Virus record (IMG/VR): IMGVR_UViG_3300027734_000046
Location: 1 to 64,000 of that record
DNA length: 64,000 nucleotides
Source: an uncultured virus (IMG/VR IMGVR_UViG_3300027734_000046)
Lineage: Duplodnaviria; Heunggongvirae; Uroviricota; Caudoviricetes
Direction: 5' to 3' (one strand)
Positions 20,201 through 28,910 of this stretch are shown here, piece after piece. A program made the position numbers and the translations under genes. The notes beneath the pieces were generated by a model. The model was given only the letters and a program-made list of their open reading frames with translations. It searched no databases and had not been told where the DNA came from. The first letter of the stretch is position 1. Every line of letters begins with the position of its first letter.

Positions 20201-23200
20201 TCAGCTCTGGGGTCATAAACTTGCGAGTTTGCAAAATAATTAAACGATAGTGCGTTTTGTAATTTATTAATTGGGCCGTACATACTAGAACCACCAATAT
20301 ATTTAAAAGATATTGTTACATTAGCAATCATTGGTTGTACACCAACACCTTCTGGATTTAAATCCCAAACCAGCGGTTCGTAATCAATACTTAAATTATC
20401 CATCATTATTTTTGTATTGTAAAAATCACCAATTCTTAGTATACAAACTGGTGCTGGACCAAAAGCTAAATTGTTTGGGTTGTCATTTGCATTGCTTGTT
20501 GGCCCTTGTCTAGTGCATTGTAATAAGAATGTTAATCTAGAGTTTAAACCTTCTGGTGTTGTTGAATGAAATGCTGGATGAAAATATCTTATTTGTTGTC
20601 TAATTTTATCAAAAACAAAAGAATCGTCTCTTGTTAATTTTTCAAAAAAATCCTGTTCAGTATAGAATCTATTAGTTACTTGTGAATTTAAGGCTATTTG
20701 TTCAGGCTCTACTACTGTTCTTGGTTTTTTTGTTTTAGTTCCTTCAGCTTTATTTGTAAATTTAACTCTACCGTATCTGTCGTATTTAGGTCCTTGAGAA
20801 TCTACAGGTGTTTTTGAAGTATACGGAAATTTTTGACCATCTTTGGTAGCTGTTTTTACTGTACCAACAATTCTTTTCTTTTCAATAATGTTGTTATCTA
20901 ATAACCATTTTTCCATTGCCGCAGCTCTATTTTTTGATAGTTGTTCATTCGCATATGTTTGTCCACCACCTTGACTACTGGCATACCCCTCGATTTCAGC
21001 AACACAACTAGGGCACGTATTTTTTAAATAATCTCTAAGCGCAGTCTTATATGCTTCGTCGTTCCATGTGTCAAATTCTTTATCTGGTGGTACTTTTAAT
21101 TTTTTATTACCAAGAGACTTAGAAGTGCCAGGCTTGTTAAAACCATAGTTTGTTGAATCTGGCCAATACCCCGTATATCCTGTTGGTGGGGGGATTGTGG
21201 CATAATAATCAAGTTTTGGATTTGGGCTATCGTATCCCTCCGTATCCGTCGCATCTTTATATTGTTTTTCACCATTGTATTTTCCGTGTCCTGTAAGACC
21301 ACCATCTTCGTAGTTCCACGCTAGAACAGTTTCTATTTTTGTTATATCGTTAGGAAAATAAATAGTAATTTCGCTTGGTGCCTCTACTGGGGGTTCTGTT
21401 ATCTCGTCAACATAAGTTTTAACTGTTTGTTTAACTGTTTCTTGCTCTTCTCTTGTTAATAAACTAGCATAATAGTCATCATCAATACAACCAGCAAACC
21501 ATGAACGTATATATTCATCTGTTGGTCCGTTGTCACCTTTAAACCCATTCATCGAACTAGGATGGTCAACAACTATTTTAAACGAAAGATTACCTGTTCT
21601 TTCAGTATTATTATATGTATATAACGGTTCGCCTCTACCAATAAATAAATTACTTTCAAGACTAACTGAACTAGATTCACTAAATGTTAAATCATATGGT
21701 GGAAACCACATTATTCTACCAAACTTTCCTGTTAGTAGGTCGCCTGGTCCTTGTTCAATTGGTAATAAATTTACCGCTGGCGAACCAACCCATGCTAAAT
21801 TCTCAATTGAGAACATGTATTTTTTGGGTATCGTTGACCTTCTAGTTAAATCGTCTGTTTTATATGGTGCAATTTTTGCAAATCCATTATCATCTAATAC
21901 AGACATTCTTTCTGAGTTGTGTAATCTCCAACCTTTTGTTCCACCTGTTAATATTGGACCTCCAGAACCTTCTTTTTGATTTAAACCACGACTTCTAATT
22001 AACTTATTAACAGTATCATATCTGTATTGTGGTATCCATGTTCTACAAAATGTATTTGTTGCTGAATCATTTGAGCTACTATTCCCAAGAGTACCGTCTG
22101 GATTAAATCTAAATTTAGATAAAACACCAGAACCTTTAGATATAAATCCATTTGGTGATATGGCTGTTTGTATTTGTTCTTTGCTATTACCACCTTCAGC
22201 ACTACCATATGCTGAAACCATTGTCCTCATACCCTTGCTATTAAATAGCATTTGTGTTTTACTTAATAATGATTTTTTTTCACCAACAAATTGAGCGTTA
22301 CTAGATTGGGGTGCTGCTGGTCCAACGAATTCTGCTTGTTGTGCTAATAAATTTGTTGTTGCACCTTTATTTGATGTCCAAGCAAAATTTTGTGCAAATG
22401 GTTTTGAATCTGATGCACTTGGTAACCCAATAAATCCAGAATCTGCAACCAATTTTTCACGATTCCAATTTAAATCAGGAATAATTCCATCTGTAGGTAT
22501 AAGAAAATTTTGTGTAAGAACCCCTTGAGGATTCATAAATGCGTACCCTTTTATATTTTTTACACCCTCGAAACCTGGTACATATCCACTTCTGAACGGA
22601 CCTTGTATATTTTCACCATTTGCATTTATATTATATTTTAAAGCTTCTTTTTGACCCTTACCAGTATTTTTTAACATACTGTTTGCACGTACAATATTAT
22701 CAACGTATTTATTTTCTTCTGCAAATATTGAACCTTCAGGTTGTAAAAGGCTTTTAGGTACTTGAAATCCTAATATCTTTTCACCTAATCCAAGTAATTG
22801 ACCACCTAGTGTTGATGATACAGTAATCTTGTAATCTGGTCTAAGACCTATTGAACCTATATCCCCTTGAACTAAATTTAAAAGATTTTCATTAAGATTT
22901 AATTTACCTAATATTGCTTGCTCTGTATTAAATGCTGCGTTGTTTGCTAGGGCCAATGCTAATTGTTGGGCACCTATTGTCCCTAATTTTGTATCGTTAA
23001 GAACACCAGCAACGCCTAATACTCTACCAGCCAAAGATGACCTTAAATCAAAATTTGGTACCACATTAATTCCACCAGCACCACCAATACCACCAGCGAT
23101 ACCAACACCTTGACCATTTAATAGACTACCTAAAATATCTGCGGCTTGTGTCGCATCTTTACCAACACCCAATAATTGACCATATGCTTCATCATAACTT

Positions 23201-23745
23201 GGTAATTGTTGCGCTGTTTGAATTGGTTGAAGTGATATATAGTCAGCCATATCAACTTGCTTGGTAGCATCTAAATATAGATTTTTAATTGTTGCTTGTT
23301 TTCTATATTCAGCAAAATCACTTTTTGCTAGTAAACCATATTGTTCTGTTGTTGAATCAGGTGTTGTTGGGTATTGAGTTGTTCCATTTGGCGGAACAGG
23401 ATATATTGGTGTTGTTAAGGTATAATTAATATCTAAAAACTCTGGTGCAGCTGAATCTTGGTTTTTATATAAATTCATTATGATAGCGTTATCATAACGA
23501 AACACACCATCAATAACAAGTGGATTTTGTTGAGGTACAGAACCATTACCAACCATTGTATCTAAAAATGGCTCTCCACCTCTTGGTGAACCGTTGATAG
23601 ATGTTGAATACTGTGGGTACCTAATTGGGTTTTGAATATTTAAATGTAATAAAAAATCACGAATACCAAAATCTAATGCCGTTCTAGTAATTGAGTTCTT
23701 ATTTCCTGCCGTAGGTGCTGTTGTATCATAATATATTAATGGCAT
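17221..23745 (-). CDS. Giant baseplate/tail-tube-initiator-like protein with an internal OmpA-like domain and a long C-terminal beta-rich extension
   Basis: Directly follows the tape measure gene. Tube-initiator-like motifs (FIGRGEPLYTYNNTERT; P.CILRIGDFYNTKI...QPMIANVTISF) flank OmpA-like IYFPND...IEGYAS...NEQLSKNRA...DR. Confidence 0.7.
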   Translation of the reverse strand: MPLIYYDTTAPTAGNKNSITRTALDFGIRDFLLHLNIQNPIRYPQYSTSINGSPRGGEPFLDTMVGNGSVPQQNPLVIDGVFRYDNAIIMNLYKNQDSAAPEFLDINYTLTTPIYPVPPNGTTQYPTTPDSTTEQYGLLAKSDFAEYRKQATIKNLYLDATKQVDMADYISLQPIQTAQQLPSYDEAYGQLLGVGKDATQAADILGSLLNGQGVGIAGGIGGAGGINVVPNFDLRSSLAGRVLGVAGVLNDTKLGTIGAQQLALALANNAAFNTEQAILGKLNLNENLLNLVQGDIGSIGLRPDYKITVSSTLGGQLLGLGEKILGFQVPKSLLQPEGSIFAEENKYVDNIVRANSMLKNTGKGQKEALKYNINANGENIQGPFRSGYVPGFEGVKNIKGYAFMNPQGVLTQNFLIPTDGIIPDLNWNREKLVADSGFIGLPSASDSKPFAQNFAWTSNKGATTNLLAQQAEFVGPAAPQSSNAQFVGEKKSLLSKTQMLFNSKGMRTMVSAYGSAEGGNSKEQIQTAISPNGFISKGSGVLSKFRFNPDGTLGNSSSNDSATNTFCRTWIPQYRYDTVNKLIRSRGLNQKEGSGGPILTGGTKGWRLHNSERMSVLDDNGFAKIAPYKTDDLTRRSTIPKKYMFSIENLAWVGSPAVNLLPIEQGPGDLLTGKFGRIMWFPPYDLTFSESSSVSLESNLFIGRGEPLYTYNNTERTGNLSFKIVVDHPSSMNGFKGDNGPTDEYIRSWFAGCIDDDYYASLLTREEQETVKQTVKTYVDEITEPPVEAPSEITIYFPNDITKIETVLAWNYEDGGLTGHGKYNGEKQYKDATDTEGYDSPNPKLDYYATIPPPTGYTGYWPDSTNYGFNKPGTSKSLGNKKLKVPPDKEFDTWNDEAYKTALRDYLKNTCPSCVAEIEGYASSQGGGQTYANEQLSKNRAAAMEKWLLDNNIIEKKRIVGTVKTATKDGQKFPYTSKTPVDSQGPKYDRYGRVKFTNKAEGTKTKKPRTVVEPEQIALNSQVTNRFYTEQDFFEKLTRDDSFVFDKIRQQIRYFHPAFHSTTPEGLNSRLTFLLQCTRQGPTSNANDNPNNLAFGPAPVCILRIGDFYNTKIMMDNLSIDYEPLVWDLNPEGVGVQPMIANVTISFKYIGGSSMYGPINKLQNALSFNYFANSQVYDPRADYIATVEDIKLLDKNYKGENTRTTFASKTELMPEGTQETAYGLVLGLDSVTTSMGAFGDTVPTYAPPTVDQTATSDEDKKQTSSDTQGGDGTSSSCERDKDNLYWFNVQDEKNEPISFFEDIIGFRFDYNDSAVKILQPYDSYINVYDINDLSVIYVATNPNKLFYAEDNKTYAPENNNFYCTPTDNGIWGDNPPPQSLIDSGEYNVSIQLVGVNDPTCEIIFDTATGIVTKSETKCDSDGQIISIGVSESDTSNPDLKVLKDATKGNYISFFINATDKTVELSQDYKLTVTLISKINEKDTYVWKTPIDVSSAFTKSNSVVNNLYFSNTEPKTPELIEGNEIPYKIVFSFAGVSIPCSYDIDVNGLTNSQQEQESAIKNLTVKDVTTTNTNNKNGVISFNLYNNGDPTRPELSQYKLNVKSTIKSADGLEQYQYIHLDTSDSTQLLQFDPFSFKKNTKDNALSIPLANVTPPCTGLTEGKQYSLETLVYNDTTKVQLNTEMLTNTANTNVSKPGITIDYLGEFSTLQGNDASYFNLEQTTGKYLVLRIIDPNYDFMKVGNTQFKDDSGKIVSNVCLGANAQSCIVNDKKDGTYTLNVDYYPDGATNPNKLNLVSQPFTQPTTPSSVTPAPAPPTPVAASNSKDADVVNAINIKKVYPYDKSLNSITVDFEWGRTDKLPTFALQSSKTYKGMVTIKANINGASLNLGLGVDGTFNVSRNDDTSVVFDSGSDSSSQVIVANTEVAADQPSGKAWEKGTTWQGVLDLGDIDEDNKNNILAAQKDPSSRFIINWETGGQPGISFYLDNTPAPPPTSTPTSPYQLPYALKDSYDVTTFNFGNNRDKLHAFQSTTINGVSRNVGEMNTKVAKVLYALYDAGINPTVISVEVTVKGPVVTWTATIDRSTDGKAWVGFSSRGSATSLAVANENYDGNPNTNPPTVGLLENIKKNFPSDASSVELVALGDFINLSSKIGTETCTFWQKFAKYTLPVTKPPK

Positions 23746-23825
23746 AACTGTAAATTATTTAATTATAAATATAATACCATAGTATTTTATGTAAATAAAC
23801 CTAAAATTGTTTTATCTTTATAACA

Positions 23826-23847
23826 AAATAAGCCCACGACGGGCTTA
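23826..23847 (-). terminator. Intrinsic terminator-like hairpin
   Basis: Minus strand TAAGCCC-GTCGT-GGGCTTA-TTTTG. Confidence 0.7.
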
Positions 23848-23918
23848 CTATTTTTATTATTGATTTAATTGTTTATTTATAATTATTTTATTTTTTTTAT
23901 TAATATTAATAATATATT

Positions 23919-23949
23919 CAAATATACGGTTTTTTTTCCAATAAGTCAA
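23919..23949 (-). promoter_or_regulatory. Bacteroidetes-type promoter
   Basis: TTG(23949-23947)-N20-TATATTTG(23926-23919). Confidence 0.7.
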
Positions 23950-23952
23950 GTA

Positions 23953-26556
23953 CTAATCGTTTTTACCTTTAAGTGCTTTATTTGCCGCTTCATTAACTTT
24001 AAGTGATAACTGTCTAAGAAACAATGGGTCGCTCATTAAATCCTTTCCAACTTCTCTAGATTCTTGAGTTGATTCACCATTTATTCTTACGTCAATTACT
24101 CCACCTATCTTCATATCATCAACCCTTACACTAGCAGACGCGTTTGAATTAGCCGAGCCAGGCGACCCACCATACATTGACATTATTGACCTTGCAAGAT
24201 TATTATTACCGTTAGCATTTGTACCAGCTATCATCGTTGAGTCATTCAACTTCATAAATTTATCTTTAGCATTAAAACTAACAAGACCATCATCTAATTG
24301 AGCAGTTGCGGCACCAGATACAACATCATCTGGATACTTATCTGGATTTGCCTTGATATCAGCAATTAAATCTTTATTAGATGGTATAATATCTTTTACT
24401 TCGGGGTGTAATTTTCTATAAACAGCCCTACCTAATGCAACATCGTCTGTCCCCATACCTTTGATACCCAAACCAAAACCTTGTGTATCTAAACCAAAAG
24501 CTTTAGGTAGTATTTCAAGTATCCCAACACCAGTACCACCCAAAGCTTCCAACCAACCAGCACCGCCTGTACTTCTTGCACTTTTTGACGAAAAAAAGTC
24601 AACTTGGTCTTTTACTGTTTTAGCTACAGAAACTACAGCTGCCGCAGTAGCAGCAGCGGCTCCAGCACCACCAGACCCAGCAGCTGCAGTACCAGTAGTA
24701 GTCGCACCTCTAGCAGCAGTACTCGCCGCAGCATTACCACCCATACCAAATAAACCTGAACCCATCATTCCCATTCTAAAACCTACAGCTAAAGACGCAC
24801 CATTAGCAATCCACATAGCAGCTTTACCAGCTAATGCAATAGCAAAAGATTTAATTGGGTTTTCAGTAACGTATTCAATAAATTCACTAATTTTACCACC
24901 AACCCAATCAAGAATAACCCCAATTTTATCAAATATTTTTTCTTTTTCAAACCATGCGGTGAATTTACTAATTGCTGCTCTAAGTTTATCACCAACACCA
25001 CCTTTTTTACCAAAAGTGTCTGCTAATTTTTCTGCAAACGGCATTAAAAATATTTTAAATTGTTCAATTAACCCATTAATTTGTTGGTCAAAACTCATAG
25101 CATCCTTAGCTCTTTTTTCAAGACCAGCTTTTTCTGCCATTTGTGCTCGAATAACCTCTTTTGCTGAACTACCTAATTGACTAAGTAATTTTTCGTTTCC
25201 GTCAATTTCAATATACGCTTGCCCCTTATCATTAAATTGTGATATATTTTCCAGAAATTCTTTTTCATCATCTTTTAACCCTGTAACATCCATTTGGGTT
25301 CTAATTTTTTTAAACTTAGCCATATTTTTACCTGCCGTTACCAATGTTTCCAACTCAACACCAGTTGCTTCAGACACCTCTCTAAGCCTTGCCATCTCAA
25401 CAGCCGCCAATTGTATATTACCATCTTTGTCTATCCTTGCATTTTGAGATGCAGCATCAGCAACGGCTTTTGTTAAACCCTCCATATCATTACGAGCCAT
25501 ATACATCAACTTAAAAGGGTCAGCCAATTGAGACCATTTACCACCTAAAACTTGAAGTTTAGCTGACATTTCAACTGCACCCTCAATATTCATCAACTTA
25601 TCAGCCATACCAGCTACAGAATTCATATTTATACCTAACTTGGTAACTGTTTCTGCCATTTTTTTAAACCCTTGAACCCCACCTTTAAAGTTATACCTAT
25701 TAAGCATTTTCATATTAGATGTGATATTCTTAATAACCTTAGATGAATTTAACCCCATTTTACTCGCATCTTCCATGGTGTTATTCATAAACGTTGCAAC
25801 CTTTTCAACGGACATACCCTGAGCCTCAAATTCAGCGGCCATTTTAGCAGCTTCATCAGCCCCCATACCAGTTCCTTTAGCAATGGCGGTAATATTAACT
25901 AAATTTTTAGCACCCAATAGCACCGACCTTCCAATTTCTTCACTATATGCTGATTGCATCTTTGTGGTCTCTTCAAGTGTACCACCCATTTCGGTAATTT
26001 GACCTGAAGCAACCCTTATACTACTACGAAAAGAATCACTTCTTTTTTTCAATAACCCCATACTTAAAGCCGAACTCCTAACCGCTTTATCCATATCAAA
26101 AAGTCCATAACCCTTAATCTTGTTGTAAACATCTACTATAGCACCAGGCAACTTACCCAACGCCTTAGAAGTTTCATTAACAAGCATTTTAGTCTTACTA
26201 ACTGCTTTAAGGTTTGCTTCGTATAGTTGTTTTTGTGCTTTTAATTTGTCAATTTCTTCGTCTAAAGCTTTTTGTAATTTTTCGGTTTCGGCCGCGTTTT
26301 TTCCAACAGCTAACGCTTTTTGTTTTTGTAAAAAAAGGATATCTTTTTCGAGCTCTTTAGTTTTTTTAGCATATGTTACGTATTGTTTAGCGTCACCAAG
26401 TATGGTTTTTTGTATATCCATACTTTCTCTGGTATTTTGAAGATATTCGTATTGCGACGAATTTAAACCCGTTGATAGTTGATTTGCTTTTTCTAAAAGT
26501 TTTATTCTCTTAATTAACTCTTCATTAGTTAATTTTGATAATTCATAATCATTCAT
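23953..26556 (-). CDS. Tail tape measure protein
   Basis: 867 aa, helical and Ala/Lys/Met-rich, with periodic aromatic residues and a hydrophobic Gly/Ala segment. Located between tube/chaperone genes and baseplate genes. Confidence 0.85.
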   Translation of the reverse strand: MNDYELSKLTNEELIKRIKLLEKANQLSTGLNSSQYEYLQNTRESMDIQKTILGDAKQYVTYAKKTKELEKDILFLQKQKALAVGKNAAETEKLQKALDEEIDKLKAQKQLYEANLKAVSKTKMLVNETSKALGKLPGAIVDVYNKIKGYGLFDMDKAVRSSALSMGLLKKRSDSFRSSIRVASGQITEMGGTLEETTKMQSAYSEEIGRSVLLGAKNLVNITAIAKGTGMGADEAAKMAAEFEAQGMSVEKVATFMNNTMEDASKMGLNSSKVIKNITSNMKMLNRYNFKGGVQGFKKMAETVTKLGINMNSVAGMADKLMNIEGAVEMSAKLQVLGGKWSQLADPFKLMYMARNDMEGLTKAVADAASQNARIDKDGNIQLAAVEMARLREVSEATGVELETLVTAGKNMAKFKKIRTQMDVTGLKDDEKEFLENISQFNDKGQAYIEIDGNEKLLSQLGSSAKEVIRAQMAEKAGLEKRAKDAMSFDQQINGLIEQFKIFLMPFAEKLADTFGKKGGVGDKLRAAISKFTAWFEKEKIFDKIGVILDWVGGKISEFIEYVTENPIKSFAIALAGKAAMWIANGASLAVGFRMGMMGSGLFGMGGNAAASTAARGATTTGTAAAGSGGAGAAAATAAAVVSVAKTVKDQVDFFSSKSARSTGGAGWLEALGGTGVGILEILPKAFGLDTQGFGLGIKGMGTDDVALGRAVYRKLHPEVKDIIPSNKDLIADIKANPDKYPDDVVSGAATAQLDDGLVSFNAKDKFMKLNDSTMIAGTNANGNNNLARSIMSMYGGSPGSANSNASASVRVDDMKIGGVIDVRINGESTQESREVGKDLMSDPLFLRQLSLKVNEAANKALKGKND

Positions 26557-26600
26557 ATATTAAATTCTTAGCAATATTATTATTATAAATATCTAGAAAT

Positions 26601-26625
26601 AAAAAAACCCTATAAATAGGGTTTT
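26601..26625 (-). terminator. Intrinsic terminator after the chaperone pair
   Basis: Minus strand AAAACCCTAT-TT-ATAGGGTTTTTTT. Confidence 0.75.
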
Positions 26626-26896
26626 ATGATAAGGGAACTTCCCCAGATTTTATTTTATTTTTTAATGCTTCACCACTCACCTTTGTTTTTCTACTACCCT
26701 TAGCGTTTGGATTTCCCCTATTTGTTATCTCTTCAGCCTTAGCTTGTTCTTCTTGTTTTGACTTAATAAGCATTCCCATGTAGTATCTTCTTTCATTTGT
26801 TGGCATATTTAAAACGTCATTATAACCTATTTTTAAATATTGCATACAAACAAATATCTCTTCCCATAAAGATGGTTTATATTGGTAAGTCAGGCC
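26624..26896 (-). CDS. Tail assembly chaperone, second ORF (likely frameshift extension; T4 gp51-/lambda T-like)
   Basis: Overlaps the end of the upstream ORF across a T7 run. EEIF...Y.DVLNMPTNERRYY resembles the phage tail-chaperone motif. Lies immediately before the tape measure gene. Confidence 0.65.
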   Translation of the reverse strand, partial: GLTYQYKPSLWEEIFVCMQYLKIGYNDVLNMPTNERRYYMGMLIKSKQEEQAKAEEITNRGNPNAKGSRKTKVSGEALKNKIKSGEVPLS

Positions 26897-28115
26897 AAAA
26901 AAATCTGACGTTAAGGGGAAGAAAGGTAGAAATAGACTCACCTCTAGGAGTCTTAACTTCGATTGATAGGTCAACCCCACAATCTATTTTTTCAATGTAA
27001 TCTTTTAATTCTTTAGAATCACGAACCCTCATTTTTTCGATAAAATCTTTAATAAAGCCTTTATCTCTATTACCATTTATATCTACAATTTGTCTCTCTA
27101 ATCTATATGTAATTACACTATTTACAGGTATTTCATTTTTTTCATCCTCAGCAACCAACTTTTCAATTTGGTTTAAATCACCTACTGTCAACAATTTAAA
27201 TTTAATATTTGCCTTTGCTATTGGTAAATAAAAATCAAAATAACCTTCAGCATCTGGCTCTTTCGATAATTTAATAGTTTTTAGGCTATTTAAATCAACT
27301 TCGCTTTCAAATGGTGCACCATCTTCATCATACATTGTAATCGGGTACATTTCACCATAACTTGTTGCTCTTAACCATAACATGATAGCATTTCTATCAC
27401 CAACATGTAAATCATTATATCTTAGGTCTGGTTCCAATAATTTTCTATTAATTAGAATTTCCAAAAATTCACCACTCTGTAATAGATTCGGAGACGTTAG
27501 GATATTCTCATCTGCCGTTGTCATATAGGCAACCTTAACACTTGATTTTTTATTTTTATATAGTTTACCCTCAGAAGGTAAAGGAATAACGTCAAAAGCT
27601 GCGTTATATTGTGGTTGGCTTAATTGTTGAATATACATATCACTGTTATTCATAATTAAATTAGATGGTCCCATATTAGTTATTGGTTGTTTAGATTCTG
27701 ATTTCAAAGGAACTTTTTGTGGTTCTTGATACTGCGGCTGTTGTTGTTGATATTGCTGCTGCTGATACTGCTGCTGATATTGTTCTTGTTGTACCTGTTG
27801 CTTTTGTGGTTGTTGTGGTTGTTGTTGATACGGTTGCTGTGTCCTTTCAGACGCCGTATTAAAACTATTTTGATATTGTTGAGTATTCTCAACATTTCTT
27901 TTCAATTGTTCATCTCTTAATCTAATTTGTTCTTCAGTCCTTTGACGCATAACTTCGACCGCTGACATGTTAGTTTCGTTCATCGAGTTGGTATATATTT
28001 CGTTTGCGGCTTCGATTCTCTTTGCTTCGTAATCCGAATCAACATTAACTGGTTGTTGAGGTGTGTTTTGGCTTTGTGGTGTGTTTGTTGGAAACACATT
28101 TGGTTTTTTGTCCAT
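26877..28115 (-). CDS. Baseplate hub/tail assembly chaperone, T4 gp26-like, with Gln-rich N-terminal extension
   Basis: IPLPSEGKLY, MTTADENIL, GDRNAIMLWLRATSYG, IKFKLLTVGD and C-terminal FFWP resemble gp26-like chaperones. Confidence 0.75.
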   Translation of the reverse strand: MDKKPNVFPTNTPQSQNTPQQPVNVDSDYEAKRIEAANEIYTNSMNETNMSAVEVMRQRTEEQIRLRDEQLKRNVENTQQYQNSFNTASERTQQPYQQQPQQPQKQQVQQEQYQQQYQQQQYQQQQPQYQEPQKVPLKSESKQPITNMGPSNLIMNNSDMYIQQLSQPQYNAAFDVIPLPSEGKLYKNKKSSVKVAYMTTADENILTSPNLLQSGEFLEILINRKLLEPDLRYNDLHVGDRNAIMLWLRATSYGEMYPITMYDEDGAPFESEVDLNSLKTIKLSKEPDAEGYFDFYLPIAKANIKFKLLTVGDLNQIEKLVAEDEKNEIPVNSVITYRLERQIVDINGNRDKGFIKDFIEKMRVRDSKELKDYIEKIDCGVDLSIEVKTPRGESISTFLPLNVRFFWPDLPI

Positions 28116-28208
28116 AATTAAAACTTTTTATTTACTATAAATATAGAACATTCGTTTTTTTTGTAAATAGGGTTTACAATTTTTAAATTTTTTTGTAAAT
28201 TTGTGTAT

Positions 28209-28313
28209 ATGTTAAAACTAATAGTAAAAATTAAAAATTATTTTGTTAAAAAGCAGAAATACAAAACTGCTAAATTTTTTCAAAAGATAGAACTTAGATT
28301 GCAAGATAATTAA
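28209..28313 (+). CDS. Putative small basic peptide (34 aa)
   Basis: Not in ORF track. MLKLIVKIKNYFVKKQKYKTAKFFQKIELRLQDN, with ATG 5 nt after a TAAATTTG (-7) element at 28196-28203 and a hairpin right after the stop. Confidence 0.45.
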   Translation: MLKLIVKIKNYFVKKQKYKTAKFFQKIELRLQDN

Positions 28314-28346
28314 AAATACCCCATGAAAATATCACAGGGTATCTTT
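28314..28346. terminator. Probably bidirectional terminator between the small ORF and the tail tube gene
   Basis: Imperfect inverted repeat ATACCC...GGGTAT with A/T-rich flanks. Confidence 0.55.
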
Positions 28347-28364
28347 AATATATTTTTTTATATC

Positions 28365-28853
28365 TTAGAATAATAAGATTGCTCTGTCAAATCTAAGTGT
28401 TGCGGTGATTTGAGCGATACCATCATCATCCATTGCTAAGTCACCAAAGCCAACGTTTGTAAGCATAGTACCATCTAATAACCATTTTTCTACAACAACA
28501 CCCGTCGGGTCAAGCATTTCAAGTTCAACAGGTCTTTTGTAACCAGCTGCGTAACCTTGACGACCAGTAATAGATTCAGAGTGTAAACGAACCCACTCCA
28601 TTATAGCTTGAGTAGCTGAAGGACCAATAGGGTCTCTAAAAGTAACATCAATAGTTTCCCATGTAAATCTACCAATAACCCAAGTAGAAGTATTCAAGAA
28701 TGGAATCTCAACTTCATTTTGTGTGATTGAAGGTCTAGAAGCAGTTTCTAACCACCATTGCTGAATACCCAAATCAGCTGGGAAAGTGATAAGCCAACGA
28801 TTCTTTTTCTTCGGTTCGTAAGGCAAGGGCATCTTCATGAGTAAATCGGCCAT
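28365..28853 (-). CDS. Tail tube protein (T4 gp19-like)
   Basis: YEPKKKNRW, RPSI, GRFTWETIDVTFRDPI, YKR.VELEMLDPTGVVVEKW, TLRFD. Confidence 0.92.
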   Translation of the reverse strand: MADLLMKMPLPYEPKKKNRWLITFPADLGIQQWWLETASRPSITQNEVEIPFLNTSTWVIGRFTWETIDVTFRDPIGPSATQAIMEWVRLHSESITGRQGYAAGYKRPVELEMLDPTGVVVEKWLLDGTMLTNVGFGDLAMDDDGIAQITATLRFDRAILLF

Positions 28854-28910
28854 ATTCTAAAAATTTTAATTTTTTGTTTTATTATTATAAATATGTAGTT
28901 TTTTATTTTT

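Noticed and set aside
24461..25180. 239-aa plus-strand ORF, and similar antisense ORFs (1192, 3048, 21530, 33307, 39729 etc.)
   Set aside because: Fully antisense to well-supported genes; shadow ORFs caused by codon bias.
26610..26617. TATAAATA/TATTTATA in the terminator hairpin as an extra promoter
   Set aside because: It lacks the leading A of the ATATTTAT consensus, is explained by the palindromic stem, and a full motif is present at 26585-26592.
26897..26903. Sequencing error or pseudogene explaining the split chaperone ORFs
   Set aside because: The first ORF ends in the FFWP motif typical of intact gp26-like proteins, and the overlap is at the canonical chaperone-frameshift position. 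A homopolymer error is disfavoured but cannot be excluded without reads.
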